A DNA stretch of 64,000 bases from an uncultured virus (IMG/VR IMGVR_UViG_2061766007_000697). Lineage: Duplodnaviria > Heunggongvirae > Uroviricota > Caudoviricetes. The stretch lies in IMG/VR virus record IMGVR_UViG_2061766007_000697. One strand, given 5' to 3'. Position numbers and translations under genes: made by a program. Shown here in pieces: positions 44,983 to 56,053 of the stretch (the first letter of the stretch is position 1; the number at the start of each line of letters is the position of its first letter). The notes under the pieces are model-generated. The model saw only the letters and a program-made list of their open reading frames with translations. It searched no databases and was not told the DNA's origin.

Positions 44983-45723
44983 ATGGGAGAAGAACCAACA
45001 AAATTACATTTTACAAGAGTTAGAAGTAAGGGTGATTCGTCCTTCTATGATCCGCAATCCGACATCAGAGTAGTTCTGCCAACAGCAGCAAAGATGACCT
45101 TAGATGTTTTAATGCAGGTGACTAAGGACGACTGGATGAAGAGGGAGTTCAGCTATCTTGCCAAGTGCTATGCCATTTATCAGATCCGTCTGGCAGAGGA
45201 CAGCACCAATCTCGTACAGCAGGAAGTCGAGTTCTCACAGGCAATCCAGAAAGCTTCACCTAGAGCAAAGATGTTGTGGATGCATACCATGTTCATTCTG
45301 CTCAATGCGGTTTATGGGCTCTTTACAAGAAGAGATACCAAGACCGATGGAGCAGCGATCAGAGGTATGCTTAATACAGCACAGCAGGCGGCTTTACTTT
45401 CAGTTGTCACGCCGGAACAGGCAACCGAGATCATCAATAAGTTCCGAGAGCAAGGAGAGCTCTATGAGGAAGCTCCTAACATCGACATCAATGGCGTTGC
45501 AGTTTGCATCGAGAACGATGAGGTTATCCAGAACATCAAGCAGCTGGCGCATGTTTTCATCGACCACTCCGGTGCGAATGACTGGAACAGCTTGTCCAAG
45601 GCTTGTGACGATTACTTCCTCAGTGCAGACGCTGACAAGCTGGACAAGAAGAGCGCGGTGGCAGTAGCTCTTGCTTATCCTTCATACGAACGCCCCTATC
45701 TCGAGGCAGAGACTGATAAATGA
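44983..45723 (+). CDS. Hypothetical protein
   Basis: 246-aa ORF. Confidence 0.6.
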   Translation: MGEEPTKLHFTRVRSKGDSSFYDPQSDIRVVLPTAAKMTLDVLMQVTKDDWMKREFSYLAKCYAIYQIRLAEDSTNLVQQEVEFSQAIQKASPRAKMLWMHTMFILLNAVYGLFTRRDTKTDGAAIRGMLNTAQQAALLSVVTPEQATEIINKFREQGELYEEAPNIDINGVAVCIENDEVIQNIKQLAHVFIDHSGANDWNSLSKACDDYFLSADADKLDKKSAVAVALAYPSYERPYLEAETDK

Positions 45724-45764
45724 TCAACCTCCACGAGAAAATGACAAAGCTGAGATGTTTGGAT

Positions 45765-47591
45765 TCATTAGAGTCCCTTTGAGCAGTAATGATCATAGCA
45801 AAGAAAGTTAATTGCTGGAAAGCTAAACTCAGTATAAAAAATGAGCATGCCAATCAGCAGCCGAGGCGTATGGCGAGAGNNNNNNNNNNNNNNNNNNNNN
45901 NNNNNNNNNNNNNNNGGAAATACTCTCTCCTAGGAATGGGAGAATGATGTAGTCAGTGCCATATCGAAAGATATGGAGTGGTCTGGGTAACTACCAGAAA
46001 CCTGCCGAGCCCTAGCGAGGCTTGGTGAACAGAACCATGGAACTTGTTCCATGGAGATATAGTTATTTACGTTTGTGCTACTATAATGGTAGCAACTATT
46101 GGAAACAAAAATGAAACCAGATACATTCAGTATAGCACACAAGATAAAAGCAGAACCAACCTTGGCACAGCAACCGTGGCTAAACCTGTTTTGTGGGCAT
46201 AAAAGGAAAGCCTTTAATGTGCTATATGATGTTGAGAGTTTCTGGTACAGACAAGCTAGAAACGGCTTGCGCCCCTACCCAGTAAAAGAANNNNNNNNNN
46301 GGATAAAAAGTCTTCCTGAGTTTGCTTATCTTAATGAAGCTCCATCTTGCGTGCTACAGCATGCTATTGTAGATCTTTGGAACGGTATACAGAAAGTCCG
46401 CAGGAAACAAGCCAAAGCACCAAATCACAAACGAAAAGATGATTATAAACAATCGTTTTATATAGCAAACGATAAGGGATCGATCATCTATAGAGGAGCT
46501 CAGGCATACTTTAAGTGTCCAAGACTTAAAAAGCTTTGTGGAAATGGGCTGATCTCACTTGCCGAAAAGCCCCGCTTTGAGGGCAAGATCATGTCTTACA
46601 CAGTTACCAGAGAGGGCGACAACTGGTATGTCACGATTACTTTCGAGCTTGAAAGCAATCCTCACACATGCCAGAATCCTGCTTCTGTTTGTGGTGTAGA
46701 TGTGGGTATAAGCACTCCGGCTATTTGCAGCGATGGAACAGAGCTACAAATGCCCGACACTTCCAGAGAAGAAGCCAAACTCCGCTATTACCAGGCAAAG
46801 ATGGATCGTTCGCGTAACGCGAACGGCCGTCGCCAACNNNNNNNNNNNNNNNNNNNNNNNNNNNNNNNNNNNNNNNNNNNNNNNNNNNNNNNATAACAAA
46901 CGTAAAGATGCCATACATAAGTTCACTCACATGGTCACCAATAACCACGGGACCGTTGTGATTGAATCGCTGAACATTAAACAGCTTATACGGAAGATGC
47001 CAGGACGCGGTGCTCGAAGAGCAGCCGCTCGTTCTGGCATGGGAGAGANNNNNNNNNNNNNNNNNNNNNNNNNNNNNNNNNNNNNNNNNNNNNNNNNNNN
47101 NNNNNNNNNNNNNNNNNNNNNNNNNNNNNNNNNNNNNNNNNNNNNNNNNNNNNNNNNNNNNNNNNNNNNNNNNNNNNNNNNNNNNNNNNNNNNNNNNNNN
47201 NNNNNNNNNNNNNNNNNNNNNNNNNNNNNNNNNNNNNNNNNNNNNNNNNNNNNNNNNNNNNNNNNNNNNNNNNNNNNNNNNNNNNNNNNNNNNNNNNNNN
47301 NNNNNNNNNNNNNNNNNNNNNNNNNNNNNNNNNNNNNNNNNNNNNNNNNNNNNNNNNNNNNNNNNNNNNNNNNNNNNNNNNNNNNNNNNNNNNNNNNNNN
47401 NNNNNNNNNNNNNNNNNNNNNNNNNNNNNNNNNNNNNNNNNNNNNNNNNNNNNNNNNNNNNNNNNNNNNNNNNNNNNNNNNNNNNNNNNNNNNNNNNNNN
47501 NNNNNNNNNNNNNNNNNNNNNNNNNNNNNNNNNNNNNNNNNNNNNNNNNNNNNNNNNNNNNNNNNNNNNNNNNNNNNNNNNNNNNNNNNNN
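45765..47591 (+). mobile_element. IStron-like element: group I intron fused to IS605-family tnpB (3' end in gap)
   Basis: P1 GGAT|tcattagaGTCC with U-G pair; P aattgctggaa; Q aatcagcagcc; S gatgtagtc; then tnpB; interrupts an ORF starting at ATG 45720. Confidence 0.8.
46111..47048 (+). CDS. tnpB: TnpB RNA-guided endonuclease (C-terminus in gap)
   Basis: WYVTITFE, GVDVGI RuvC-I, VVIESLNI RuvC-II; TATAAT at 46082. Confidence 0.9.
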
Positions 47592-47601
47592 TCGTGATCT
47601 G

Positions 47602-48060
47602 ATGACAATCATTTCCGGATCGGCAAGGGCAGGTATCAATGTGATATCCAGCATGCTGAAAGATGGAGAAGAGGCTGCACAGACGCGCTATTGTGAATGG
47701 CGGGTGGTGGATGCCGATCATTGCCCCCAATGGCTCGAGAATAGAATTATGTCAATGGCGACTGGTACAATCTATCATGCATATCAGATGCGTTTGCCTG
47801 AGATGTTTCGTATCAGCAGAAAGCCGGAGACACTGAAGCCTATATTCTCTGCTAACTTGATCAAAGCTATCGGAGGAGAAGCTAAAGACAACACAGAAAC
47901 CCTAACCAAGAAATTCCACCAGAACCTTAAGCTGTTTGGTGAGTTTCATGACGATGGATATANNNNNNNNNNNNNNNNNNNNNNNNNNNNNNNNNNNNNN
48001 NNNNNNNNNNNNNNNNNNNNNNNNNNNNNNNNNNNNNNNNNNNNNNNNNNNNNAGTGTGA
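47602..48060 (+). CDS. Hypothetical protein
   Basis: TGATG overlap with the preceding ORF end. Confidence 0.5.
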   Translation: MTIISGSARAGINVISSMLKDGEEAAQTRYCEWRVVDADHCPQWLENRIMSMATGTIYHAYQMRLPEMFRISRKPETLKPIFSANLIKAIGGEAKDNTETLTKKFHQNLKLFGEFHDDGYXXXXXXXXXXXXXXXXXXXXXXXXXXXXXXXV

Positions 48061-48111
48061 TAGGCGTCATTGGCAAATAGCCACAACCGTTAACACGGAG
48101 ATCCCTAAGAA

Positions 48112-48726
48112 ATGAAATGGGGCGAATTTATTCAATCCATCATACAGAAGCCGATTATACTGTTCTCAACTGCCACTACAGGCGTGAACAGNNNNNNNNN
48201 NNNNNNNNNNNNNNNNNNNGCCAAATTAGGAACAGGAAACCCTCAGACAGGTACTTTGTTCTACAGCGCTCCAGCAGAGTGCGCATTGCGTGGTGTTGAG
48301 TATCATAAGATCACTATGCATACCTTGAACACGCAGGGCTTGTCTATGCGAGACTTCAGCGACGCTGTCAACGAATTATTCAGAGAAGCAACGCCGATGT
48401 CGTATAATCCCGCGTTCCAAACAATGGCACTGACTGAAATGGTAGAATGCGACTTTGTACACGTCGCAGATCTTCCCCTCTTATTCAAGCTGGCACAGTC
48501 CAAGATGGCTCTTCAGGCAGAGGAGCTTGATAAGCTGACTAATATTGTCGGGCTTGAAAAGATGGCAGAAAGCATGGTTCACACACCTCCACCTCTTAAG
48601 TGTCTCATGCGCGCTAACAATATCGTTATAGACCCATATACGGACGAATTGCCGCTCGTTACGAACGTGCAGGTTTTGCTCCGCCTTTGGCAGAAGCTAG
48701 CAGATATTGAGGTGGTAACTTACTGA
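48112..48726 (+). CDS. Degenerate DEDD/DnaQ-like exonuclease
   Basis: ILFSTATTG (cf. FDTETTG), YHKIT, SYNPAFQ (cf. HNAxFD). Confidence 0.5.
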   Translation: MKWGEFIQSIIQKPIILFSTATTGVNXXXXXXXXXXAKLGTGNPQTGTLFYSAPAECALRGVEYHKITMHTLNTQGLSMRDFSDAVNELFREATPMSYNPAFQTMALTEMVECDFVHVADLPLLFKLAQSKMALQAEELDKLTNIVGLEKMAESMVHTPPPLKCLMRANNIVIDPYTDELPLVTNVQVLLRLWQKLADIEVVTY

Positions 48727-49210
48727 TCTCTTTGGCAATGGCATTGGTAGTCACAGTGTCATAGATCAAGGCTGCTCTACTGCAGCGACTAATAATGGGT
48801 TTGTTATCATCGCCGACAGACAACTCCACGTGTTTGTCTTTGGCATTAACAAGCACATGCTTAGTTCCTTTCTTGACTAGCAGCAATACCATGCCGTTCA
48901 CGCCGCAGGGATCAATAAGCCCGAAGCTGTCTTTGTTATAGCAAAGCTTCCAGTTAGCCGGATCGACAGCAATAACAACATAATCCTTGGACTCTGTGTC
49001 CTTCTTTCCCGTCTCCTTCAAAAAGGACAAGCTGTTCTCGGAGACGCTGTTCAGGCTCTTGTCATTGTCTGGCTTCAGAATCGGTACTATTTGCAATACA
49101 GCTTTCTTTAACAGCGTCGTGGCTGGGTCCACGACAATACTCTCGAATTCGTCGACTTGGATACCTTCCACGACGTTGTCTTTTACTGTGTAACAATGCA
49201 GGTAATCCAA
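48659..49210 (-). CDS. Hypothetical protein divergent from the RT
   Basis: Open frame with protein-like composition; AAGGA 7 nt before TTG at 49210. Confidence 0.5.
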   Translation of the reverse strand: MDYLHCYTVKDNVVEGIQVDEFESIVVDPATTLLKKAVLQIVPILKPDNDKSLNSVSENSLSFLKETGKKDTESKDYVVIAVDPANWKLCYNKDSFGLIDPCGVNGMVLLLVKKGTKHVLVNAKDKHVELSVGDDNKPIISRCSRAALIYDTVTTNAIAKEISKLPPQYLLASAKGGAKPARS

Positions 49211-49211
49211 A

Positions 49212-50321
49212 ATGCTATCCTTATATGATCTAAAACATGTTTCCAGAGAATGGCGCCAAGCACAAATACCGAAGAAATCCGGTGGGATGCGAACGCTGAC
49301 CATTCCGAATGATGACCTTAAAGTAGTGCAATCCGATATCCTTCAATATCTCTACGCATTGGTAGGGCAGCGTAAATTGAAAGTTTCATCGGTTGCACAT
49401 GGGTTCGTCCCGTACCATGACACTATGACAGCGGTTATGCAACATGACAGGAATTCAGAAATTTTCCTGTGCTGTGATATGGAAAAGGCTTTCGACAGCT
49501 TGCTTCCTATGTTCCCGCTGGCAAAGTTATTGGACGCAGGTGTACCGGCTGAGTACGCCAATGAGATCATCGATGTCTGCACCTATAATGGATGTCTTCC
49601 TCAGGGTGGACCAGCAAGTCCGTATCTGCTGAATATCGCCATGTATGATGCAGACTGCATGATCGCAAGCTATGCTAAGAAGCATGGTTTCCATTATACC
49701 AGATATGCCGATGATCTGGTGTTCTCTATTAGAACCGCAGACCCTAAAGCGCTTGAGACTATCAGGCAGAATGAGGCTAAGATGCTGGCAGAGATCAATA
49801 AATTGAAACCTCTGCCCGATGAGCCTACTAACAGACAGCTCAAAGCCAGAGAAAGGACCATTGAAGCGATACATGAAAAGTATCGCAGCAGAAACCCATT
49901 CCTGTGGTTCCTGTTCGGGGTCGATACGATCCTGAAGAGCAACGTCGGCATGCATCTTAATCATAAGAAAGATCACATCATCTTCCGTGGTTCTAGATGC
50001 AAACCGCTCATTCTTGGAATCACAATTCGTCAGGACGGACACGGCTACAATGCCGACAAGCGTTTCCGCATGGAAGCTAGAGCTGCTGTGTGTAACTTCT
50101 ATCACAAGATCTTTAATGACCAGGGCGGCATTACCTCAGAAGCAGATGCGCTGGAGTGGTTGAAGATTAAGGGCAGAGTCGAGTATGCTGATAAATGCAG
50201 AAAGACCTCTGATGAAGGCTACAACGCAGACGATCCGGCCATCCAAGAAAAATATTACAATCCCTTAGCGAGGAAATTCAATGAATTATCAGGAATCGCT
50301 GCTGCTTGCACTCCAGGCTGA
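49212..50321 (+). CDS. Retron-like reverse transcriptase
   Basis: IPKKSGGMRTL, AHGF, CCDMEKAFDS, LPQGGPASP, YTRYADDL, ILG. Confidence 0.92.
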   Translation: MLSLYDLKHVSREWRQAQIPKKSGGMRTLTIPNDDLKVVQSDILQYLYALVGQRKLKVSSVAHGFVPYHDTMTAVMQHDRNSEIFLCCDMEKAFDSLLPMFPLAKLLDAGVPAEYANEIIDVCTYNGCLPQGGPASPYLLNIAMYDADCMIASYAKKHGFHYTRYADDLVFSIRTADPKALETIRQNEAKMLAEINKLKPLPDEPTNRQLKARERTIEAIHEKYRSRNPFLWFLFGVDTILKSNVGMHLNHKKDHIIFRGSRCKPLILGITIRQDGHGYNADKRFRMEARAAVCNFYHKIFNDQGGITSEADALEWLKIKGRVEYADKCRKTSDEGYNADDPAIQEKYYNPLARKFNELSGIAAACTPG

Positions 50322-52215
50322 AAAGCGGTATTACGAAGATGACAATCCGATTATGTCCGACAGCGCTTATGACGCACTCATCAGGCAGCTGAAAGAATAT
50401 GAGGAGGCGCATCCGGAAGAGAAATACCCAAACAGTCCTACGACACGTGTAGGTGGCAATCCAACAAGCTCTTTTGATAAGATCAAGTTTCCTGTAAAGA
50501 TGTTGTCGCTGAAGAATGCATTTACCGATGAGGAGGTGTACAACTTCATGAACAACACCAAAGCCGGTAATGTCGGTTATATCGTTCAGCCTAAGCTGGA
50601 TGGACTTACATTGGTACTTTGGTACAGGGATGGTTTTATTGTGAGAGCTGCTACTCGCGGTAATGGTGAAGTTGGCGAGGATGTTACTGCCAATGCCATG
50701 TTTATCCACGGTATTCCCAAGGTCGTTGAGGATAAGGAAGAGTTTATGGTGCGTGGCGAAGTTGTTATGCACCATGATGATTTCAAACACCTTAATGCAG
50801 CCAGACAGGAAGCAGGCAAGCCCTTGTTCGCCAACGAACGAAACGTCGCTGCAGGGTCAGTCAGGCAAAAGGATGCCGCAATCACAGCTTCCCGTAGTCT
50901 GCACTTCTATGCCTATGATATACCGGGCTCTGATAAGTTTACTACTGAAGCAGAGATGCTGGGATATCTGGCAGAACAGGGCTTCACTACACCGAGATCT
51001 TATAACGTCAGCACCACAGATGAGTATCTGCCGACTGTTCTCATGGCTAGAGTCAAGGACATCAAACGCTATGAGGACAGACTCGATTATGCGATAGATG
51101 GTGCTGTTGTAAAGACCAACTCCAGAGGAGCGTGTCGTAAGCACCTTGGTGAAGGAACGCATGATCCTAACTGGTCTATTGCATTCAAGTTCACCCCTGT
51201 GAGCTCTATTACGAAGCTGCTTGCAGTTACTTGGCAGATCGGACGCACAGGTAGACTCACTCCTGTTGCAGTGCTGGAGCCTGTTGATCTTTGTGGCACC
51301 ACCGTGGAGCATGCAAGTCTCCATAATGTAGAATATATCAGAGAGCTTCAGCCACATATTGGCGATATGGTCTCTGTATATAAAGCAGCAGAGATAATTC
51401 CGCAGATCGATTGTGTTGTGGAGTCTATGGGAGGCGACCCTGTGATATTCCCGTCACTGTGTCCTGACTGTGGTGCAGAGCTCGTTATGGATGGGCCTAA
51501 TCTCGTGTGCAACAATGAAGACTGCAGATCTAAGATCAAAGCAGAGCTCCGTTATTTCGTTGCACGCCAGAACATGGACATTCAGCAGCTCGGTTCATCT
51601 ATTATCGAGGAGCTTGTTAACAATGGTAAGCTCCATTCACCTGCAGATCTCTATAGGCTTAAAGAAAAGGATTTCATCATTCCTGGAATGGTGGCATACA
51701 ATAAAGCAAGGATTCTGTTGGTCAATATCGAGAATTCCAAGACACAGCCTTTCTACAGAGTGCTTGCATCTCTTGGTATCGATCAGGTTTCTATTACCAC
51801 AGCCAAAGTGCTTGCAGCCAAGTACGGATCTATGGAAGCACTAAATGCAGCATCTGTGGAAGATCTTGCTACTGTCGATGGTATCGCAGGCATAACAGCC
51901 TCTGTTATCAGACACAGCCTTCATAGTGAGAAGAAACAGGAGCTTATCCAAGAGTTGACTGATCTCGGTCTTAAGNNNNNNNNNNNNNNNNNNNNNNNNN
52001 NNNTGGAAGGCAAGGCCTTCTGCATCACAGGCGCGCTCTCTAGACCTAGAGAAGAGGTCAAGAAGCTGATCGAAGACCATAGCGGCAAAGTTCTTTCGTC
52101 TATCACAGCACATACAGATTATCTGGTTGCCGGTACAGGCGGCGGACAGAAACGCGCAAGAGCTGAGAAATTGGAGGTCCCTATTATTACTGAAGAGCAA
52201 CTTATGGAGATNNNN
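50281..52215 (+). CDS. ligA: NAD-dependent DNA ligase
   Basis: MSDSAYD, KLDG, RGNG..GEDVT, DGAVVK, GRTG, Cys4 finger, HhH, BRCT; end in gap. Confidence 0.96.
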
Positions 52216-52234
52216 NNNNNNNNNNNNNNNNNNN

Positions 52235-53141
52235 TTCCACAATCCCTGTTGGCATCACACATATCATCGATAGAGCAGATAATGTGTGTCAGCAGCATGG
52301 AGGTGTTGTAACGGCTGTGCAGTTTGACAAACTCGAAGAGATGGCTCTTGATAAATTCCTCTCAGAGATCGTCCCGACTATGCAGTCCAATAACGACAAG
52401 TTTATTGTGATCAAGGATACTGTTCGCCAGAACATGTACAGGATTCTGAAGGACAATGTAGCTATCTATCACATTACAGGTATGCAGGATGTGTTTTTCG
52501 ACACGTTTATCGACAACCTTATGAGTGACAGGCCGCTGTCTATTACACCGAACCTGACATATCCTTTGATTCATTACGCAACAACCAAGAACGGTGAGAA
52601 GATCATCGTAGCCTCTATTCCGTCGAAGCAGTTCACGTACCACTCTTCACAGAGAAGCATTCCTCCTTTTGTGGTATGGCACCCTCCGCTCTGGCTGCGT
52701 GTTAAACTGACACCTGCAAATATCCCGTCAGCTGTCATGATCGGTGTTGTGCTCGATCGTGCAGATGATCCCGCAGATGTCGATGTTTATCATCTGCCTC
52801 TGCCGAATTGCTATAACGATGGCAATATCTGCTTTGGCGGTACCAGATTTAACAACCCTAATCCGGATAAGCCGCTCACAGAAGCAGCGGCTATTGAGCT
52901 TACTTATCAGCGCCTGTTCAATTCCGAATTCAATCTGGATCTTGTGTCCAGCTCTGAGTATCAGGAATATCTCAGGGTATGTAAGACTTTGCCTGATTAT
53001 GACAAGTTCAAGGATTCGGTTGAAACTGGAGGAGATTTCTCGAAGTATGCCAATCGTGTTAAATATGGTTGGCGTGATCCGTCTTCGATCTACAAGTTCA
53101 ATTATCGCCGCATGTGTGATGGAAGGAGATTTCTGTCATAA
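52235..53141 (+). CDS. Prokaryotic E2 ubiquitin-conjugating-like protein (Prok-E2 family D / PRTRC protein B-like; start in gap)
   Basis: VYHLPLPNCYNDGNICFG with E2-type Cys; ..FNSEFN.. downstream. Confidence 0.8.
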
Positions 53142-53356
53142 TGCGCGGCGGACCTGTTAAACGTAAACAAAGAGTGCAGCATTACTGGCAGCACATGATC
53201 CTGGAAACAAGCAGTGGCGAGGTACCTTGGGATGGTATGAGCAAGCTGAGAGGGGCTTTCATCAAGTCCCTTCCTATGACAAAGCGTTGGGCTATGTCAG
53301 TGGATTTCCAAAACAATGTGAGCGCAGCGCTTGCACGGGAGAAAAACGAGACGTGA
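53141..53356 (+). CDS. Small hypothetical protein within the Ub cassette
   Basis: Coupled at both ends (TAATG, GTGA). Confidence 0.5.
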   Translation: MRGGPVKRKQRVQHYWQHMILETSSGEVPWDGMSKLRGAFIKSLPMTKRWAMSVDFQNNVSAALAREKNET

Positions 53357-54664
53357 AAGATTATGTTGTGGGCACCGATAAGGTGCTGGCAAAACTGGAC
53401 AGCCCTAATCNNNNNNNNNNNNNNNNNNNACTCAAGACATATGCTAAGAAGCCGGTTGACAGGGATAAATTTCCTACTCCGGTATGGAAAGGCAGCAAGT
53501 TCCCGGCAGCACTCATGAAGCAGGTGCTGGGTACGATCCATGAGTTTCCAAGANNNNNNNNNNNNNNNNNNNNNNNNNNNNNNNNNNNNNNNNNNNNNNN
53601 NNNNNNNNNNNNNNNNNNNNNNNNNNNNNNNNNNNNNNNNNNNNNNNNNNNNNNNNNNNNNNNNNNNNNNNNNNNNNNNNNNNNNNNNNNNNNNNNNNNN
53701 NNNNNNNNNNNNNNNNNTTCTGGTCAGGCACAGATCTCAATGATCAGACAAAGAAGCACGGTATTCATTTTGTATTCGGGCTTCATGATGGCCTTGTCCG
53801 TTATAGCAAGGTAACTGTCTTCACACCCACAGAACAGTTCGATCAAGACATCCATAATGTTGTGGAAGAATTTGATTGGGCTCAGGTTTATCCTGCTGTT
53901 CCTGAATGGGTTGAGACGATCAAGAAGCAGTCCTACCACCGCATTTATGTCGCACCTACTCAGAGCAAATGGTATGGTGGCTATTCTCCTGCCAAACGCC
54001 AGACAGTCGCTACTGGGCACTATGGGCATGAGCGCACTATGCACGAGGACTATGAGGACTTCTGGAGTTCCGCATGGGACGGATACTATGGTTCCACATC
54101 CTTTATCGATAACTATAGGTATACGCCGCGTGATTATACGTCTGGTAACTATACTTATGTGGATGCCGATGAATACGATGAGCAGACCGAGAAGTACCTC
54201 AAGATCATCGATGGTGCGGTCAGCAATACGCATAAGGGCGAATCCTTTCGTCTCGCGTTGCTCGATCCTGAACACCGTGGAGAACTTGAACAGCAGCTCG
54301 ACATCATCTTCGTCGACAGCGGGGACAAGGGGGAAGTTCTTGCCGGGTTCTCCGAGCTGGTTGCGGTTCTTCCGCAGATTGAAAAGACTACTAACGAGGA
54401 AGAAGCCCAGGTAATCTCCAATGTCCTGGATGCATTCCCGAACTGTAATCTGATTGATCCTGCTGACCCCGCTTTCAGGAATTCGTCCAATGTCGAGAAC
54501 ATCATCAATCTGATGGATGGTTTGGTTGACTCCTATGTGACGAATCCGGACTGCATCGATCCTCAGGACATCAACGTGCTTCTTACCAATCTTAAGGGNN
54601 NNNNNNNNNNNNNNNNNNNNNNNNNNNNNNNNNNNACATCGCAGCCGAGGATGTTGAATGCTGA
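53353..54664 (+). CDS. JAB/MPN-domain peptidase with acidic C-terminal extension (joined across gaps)
   Basis: After the gap FWSGTDLNDQTKKHGIHFVFG, the JAB SxxD motif; the HxH part lies in the gap. Confidence 0.72.
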
Positions 54665-55572
54665 GGTTGTATGTCATCGGTTGTGGTGGCATAGGCGGGT
54701 ATCTGACGGATCTTCTCCCGATGTGTATCACCAGTATTGGTTTGGACTTCCTGGCCAAGAACAAGCGTGATATCACAACCTATTTGACAGATGCAGGTAA
54801 CTGTGTGCTGCCATCAATCGTAGAAAGTCTTACGCTGATCGATGGTGATATCTTCGACCCGCGTAATGCCATTAGACAGGGTGCTGGTGCTGGTAACAAA
54901 CTGGGCCAGCGTCTTTATGCGATCAACAACTCCATGGTAAGACAGACCTATTTAAGGAATGTGCAGGTCGGTGGCTTCCCAACATACATCCGCCCTGATA
55001 ACATGGAGCTTATGATCCCGCACACCAGTCCTGGTAACAAAGAGAATTCAGAGGCTTTTGAGAAGCTGCCTGATAATTACTATGTTACCAGAGACACATT
55101 TTATCAGTGTGACTTCCCAGTCATCTTCATCTGCGTTGACAATGTCAAGACTCGCTATGAGGTTTCCAAGTACGCAGAAAGCTTCAACAATGTCTTGGTA
55201 TTGAACGGAGGCAATGAGAAGACCACAGGACAGGTAACTGTTTACGAAAGGAGGGATGGAAAGGCTCTTGACCCCAACATCGACGAGCTCTTTTCCAATA
55301 TCCGGCCTGACGTAGATAAGCGCCCGGACGAGGTCTCATGTACGACTGTTGCCCCTAAGCACGATCAGGTCGCAATCACCAATGCGATGATCGCCAACGT
55401 TATGATGGAACTGTTTACTCACTGGGCGGCGAGTGAGACTCTTAGCGACTTTGTCGTTAGAGGGAAGCCCTGCCGCAGAAACGAGGTTGTCCTGGACATC
55501 GAAAAACTGTCCATGACACCTATCACCCACCAAATTGCTCAACCCAACACCACAGAAGGAGGTACGCATTGA
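54658..55572 (+). CDS. E1/ThiF-family activating enzyme
   Basis: VIGCGGIGG, IDGD....N..RQ, CVDN...R, NGGN, EVSC. Confidence 0.92.
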   Translation: MLRLYVIGCGGIGGYLTDLLPMCITSIGLDFLAKNKRDITTYLTDAGNCVLPSIVESLTLIDGDIFDPRNAIRQGAGAGNKLGQRLYAINNSMVRQTYLRNVQVGGFPTYIRPDNMELMIPHTSPGNKENSEAFEKLPDNYYVTRDTFYQCDFPVIFICVDNVKTRYEVSKYAESFNNVLVLNGGNEKTTGQVTVYERRDGKALDPNIDELFSNIRPDVDKRPDEVSCTTVAPKHDQVAITNAMIANVMMELFTHWAASETLSDFVVRGKPCRRNEVVLDIEKLSMTPITHQIAQPNTTEGGTH

Positions 55573-55952
55573 GCAGAACGGTTTCGTTCGTCATCAAGCA
55601 GACCGATGCTAAGAAGCTGCGCGTCGCTGATGGCACCACTGTCAGAAAGCTCCGTGAAATCGTCGCCAACCTCGGCTACGATGTCATCGGCACTGACACC
55701 AAGATTAGGATTGTCCGCGATGGTACGGCTGTTATCGGCCATATCAAGGATGNNNNNNNNNNNNNNNNNNNTGTGTTTGAAAACAACGCTCTTCGTCTCC
55801 AGGTCAGCCCTGAAGTCTACGAGAGCTACAAGGAGCCTGCACCGGCAGTCAATCCGTGCAGCCCTGATTGCTGTGAAAGCCGCGTTGATTCCGTCAAGGA
55901 AACTATCGCCAGAGCTTTGCAGCAGGCCCTTCAGGTCATTGAAAACGCCTGA
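55570..55952 (+). CDS. Ubiquitin-like (beta-grasp) protein, putative
   Basis: TVSFV...LRVADGTTVRKL pattern; ggagg RBS. Confidence 0.55.
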
Positions 55953-56053
55953 TCTAGTTTATTCGTTCCAACTTGTGTTACATTAATAACACTAAAGATT
56001 CACGTATGGTAGACAACCACATTACTAACACAACCTATAAGGATTCACACGCT

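Noticed and set aside
48727..49211. Canonical retron msr-msd upstream of the RT
   Set aside because: No a1/a2 inverted repeat or long msd hairpin found by eye; the region reads as a minus-strand gene
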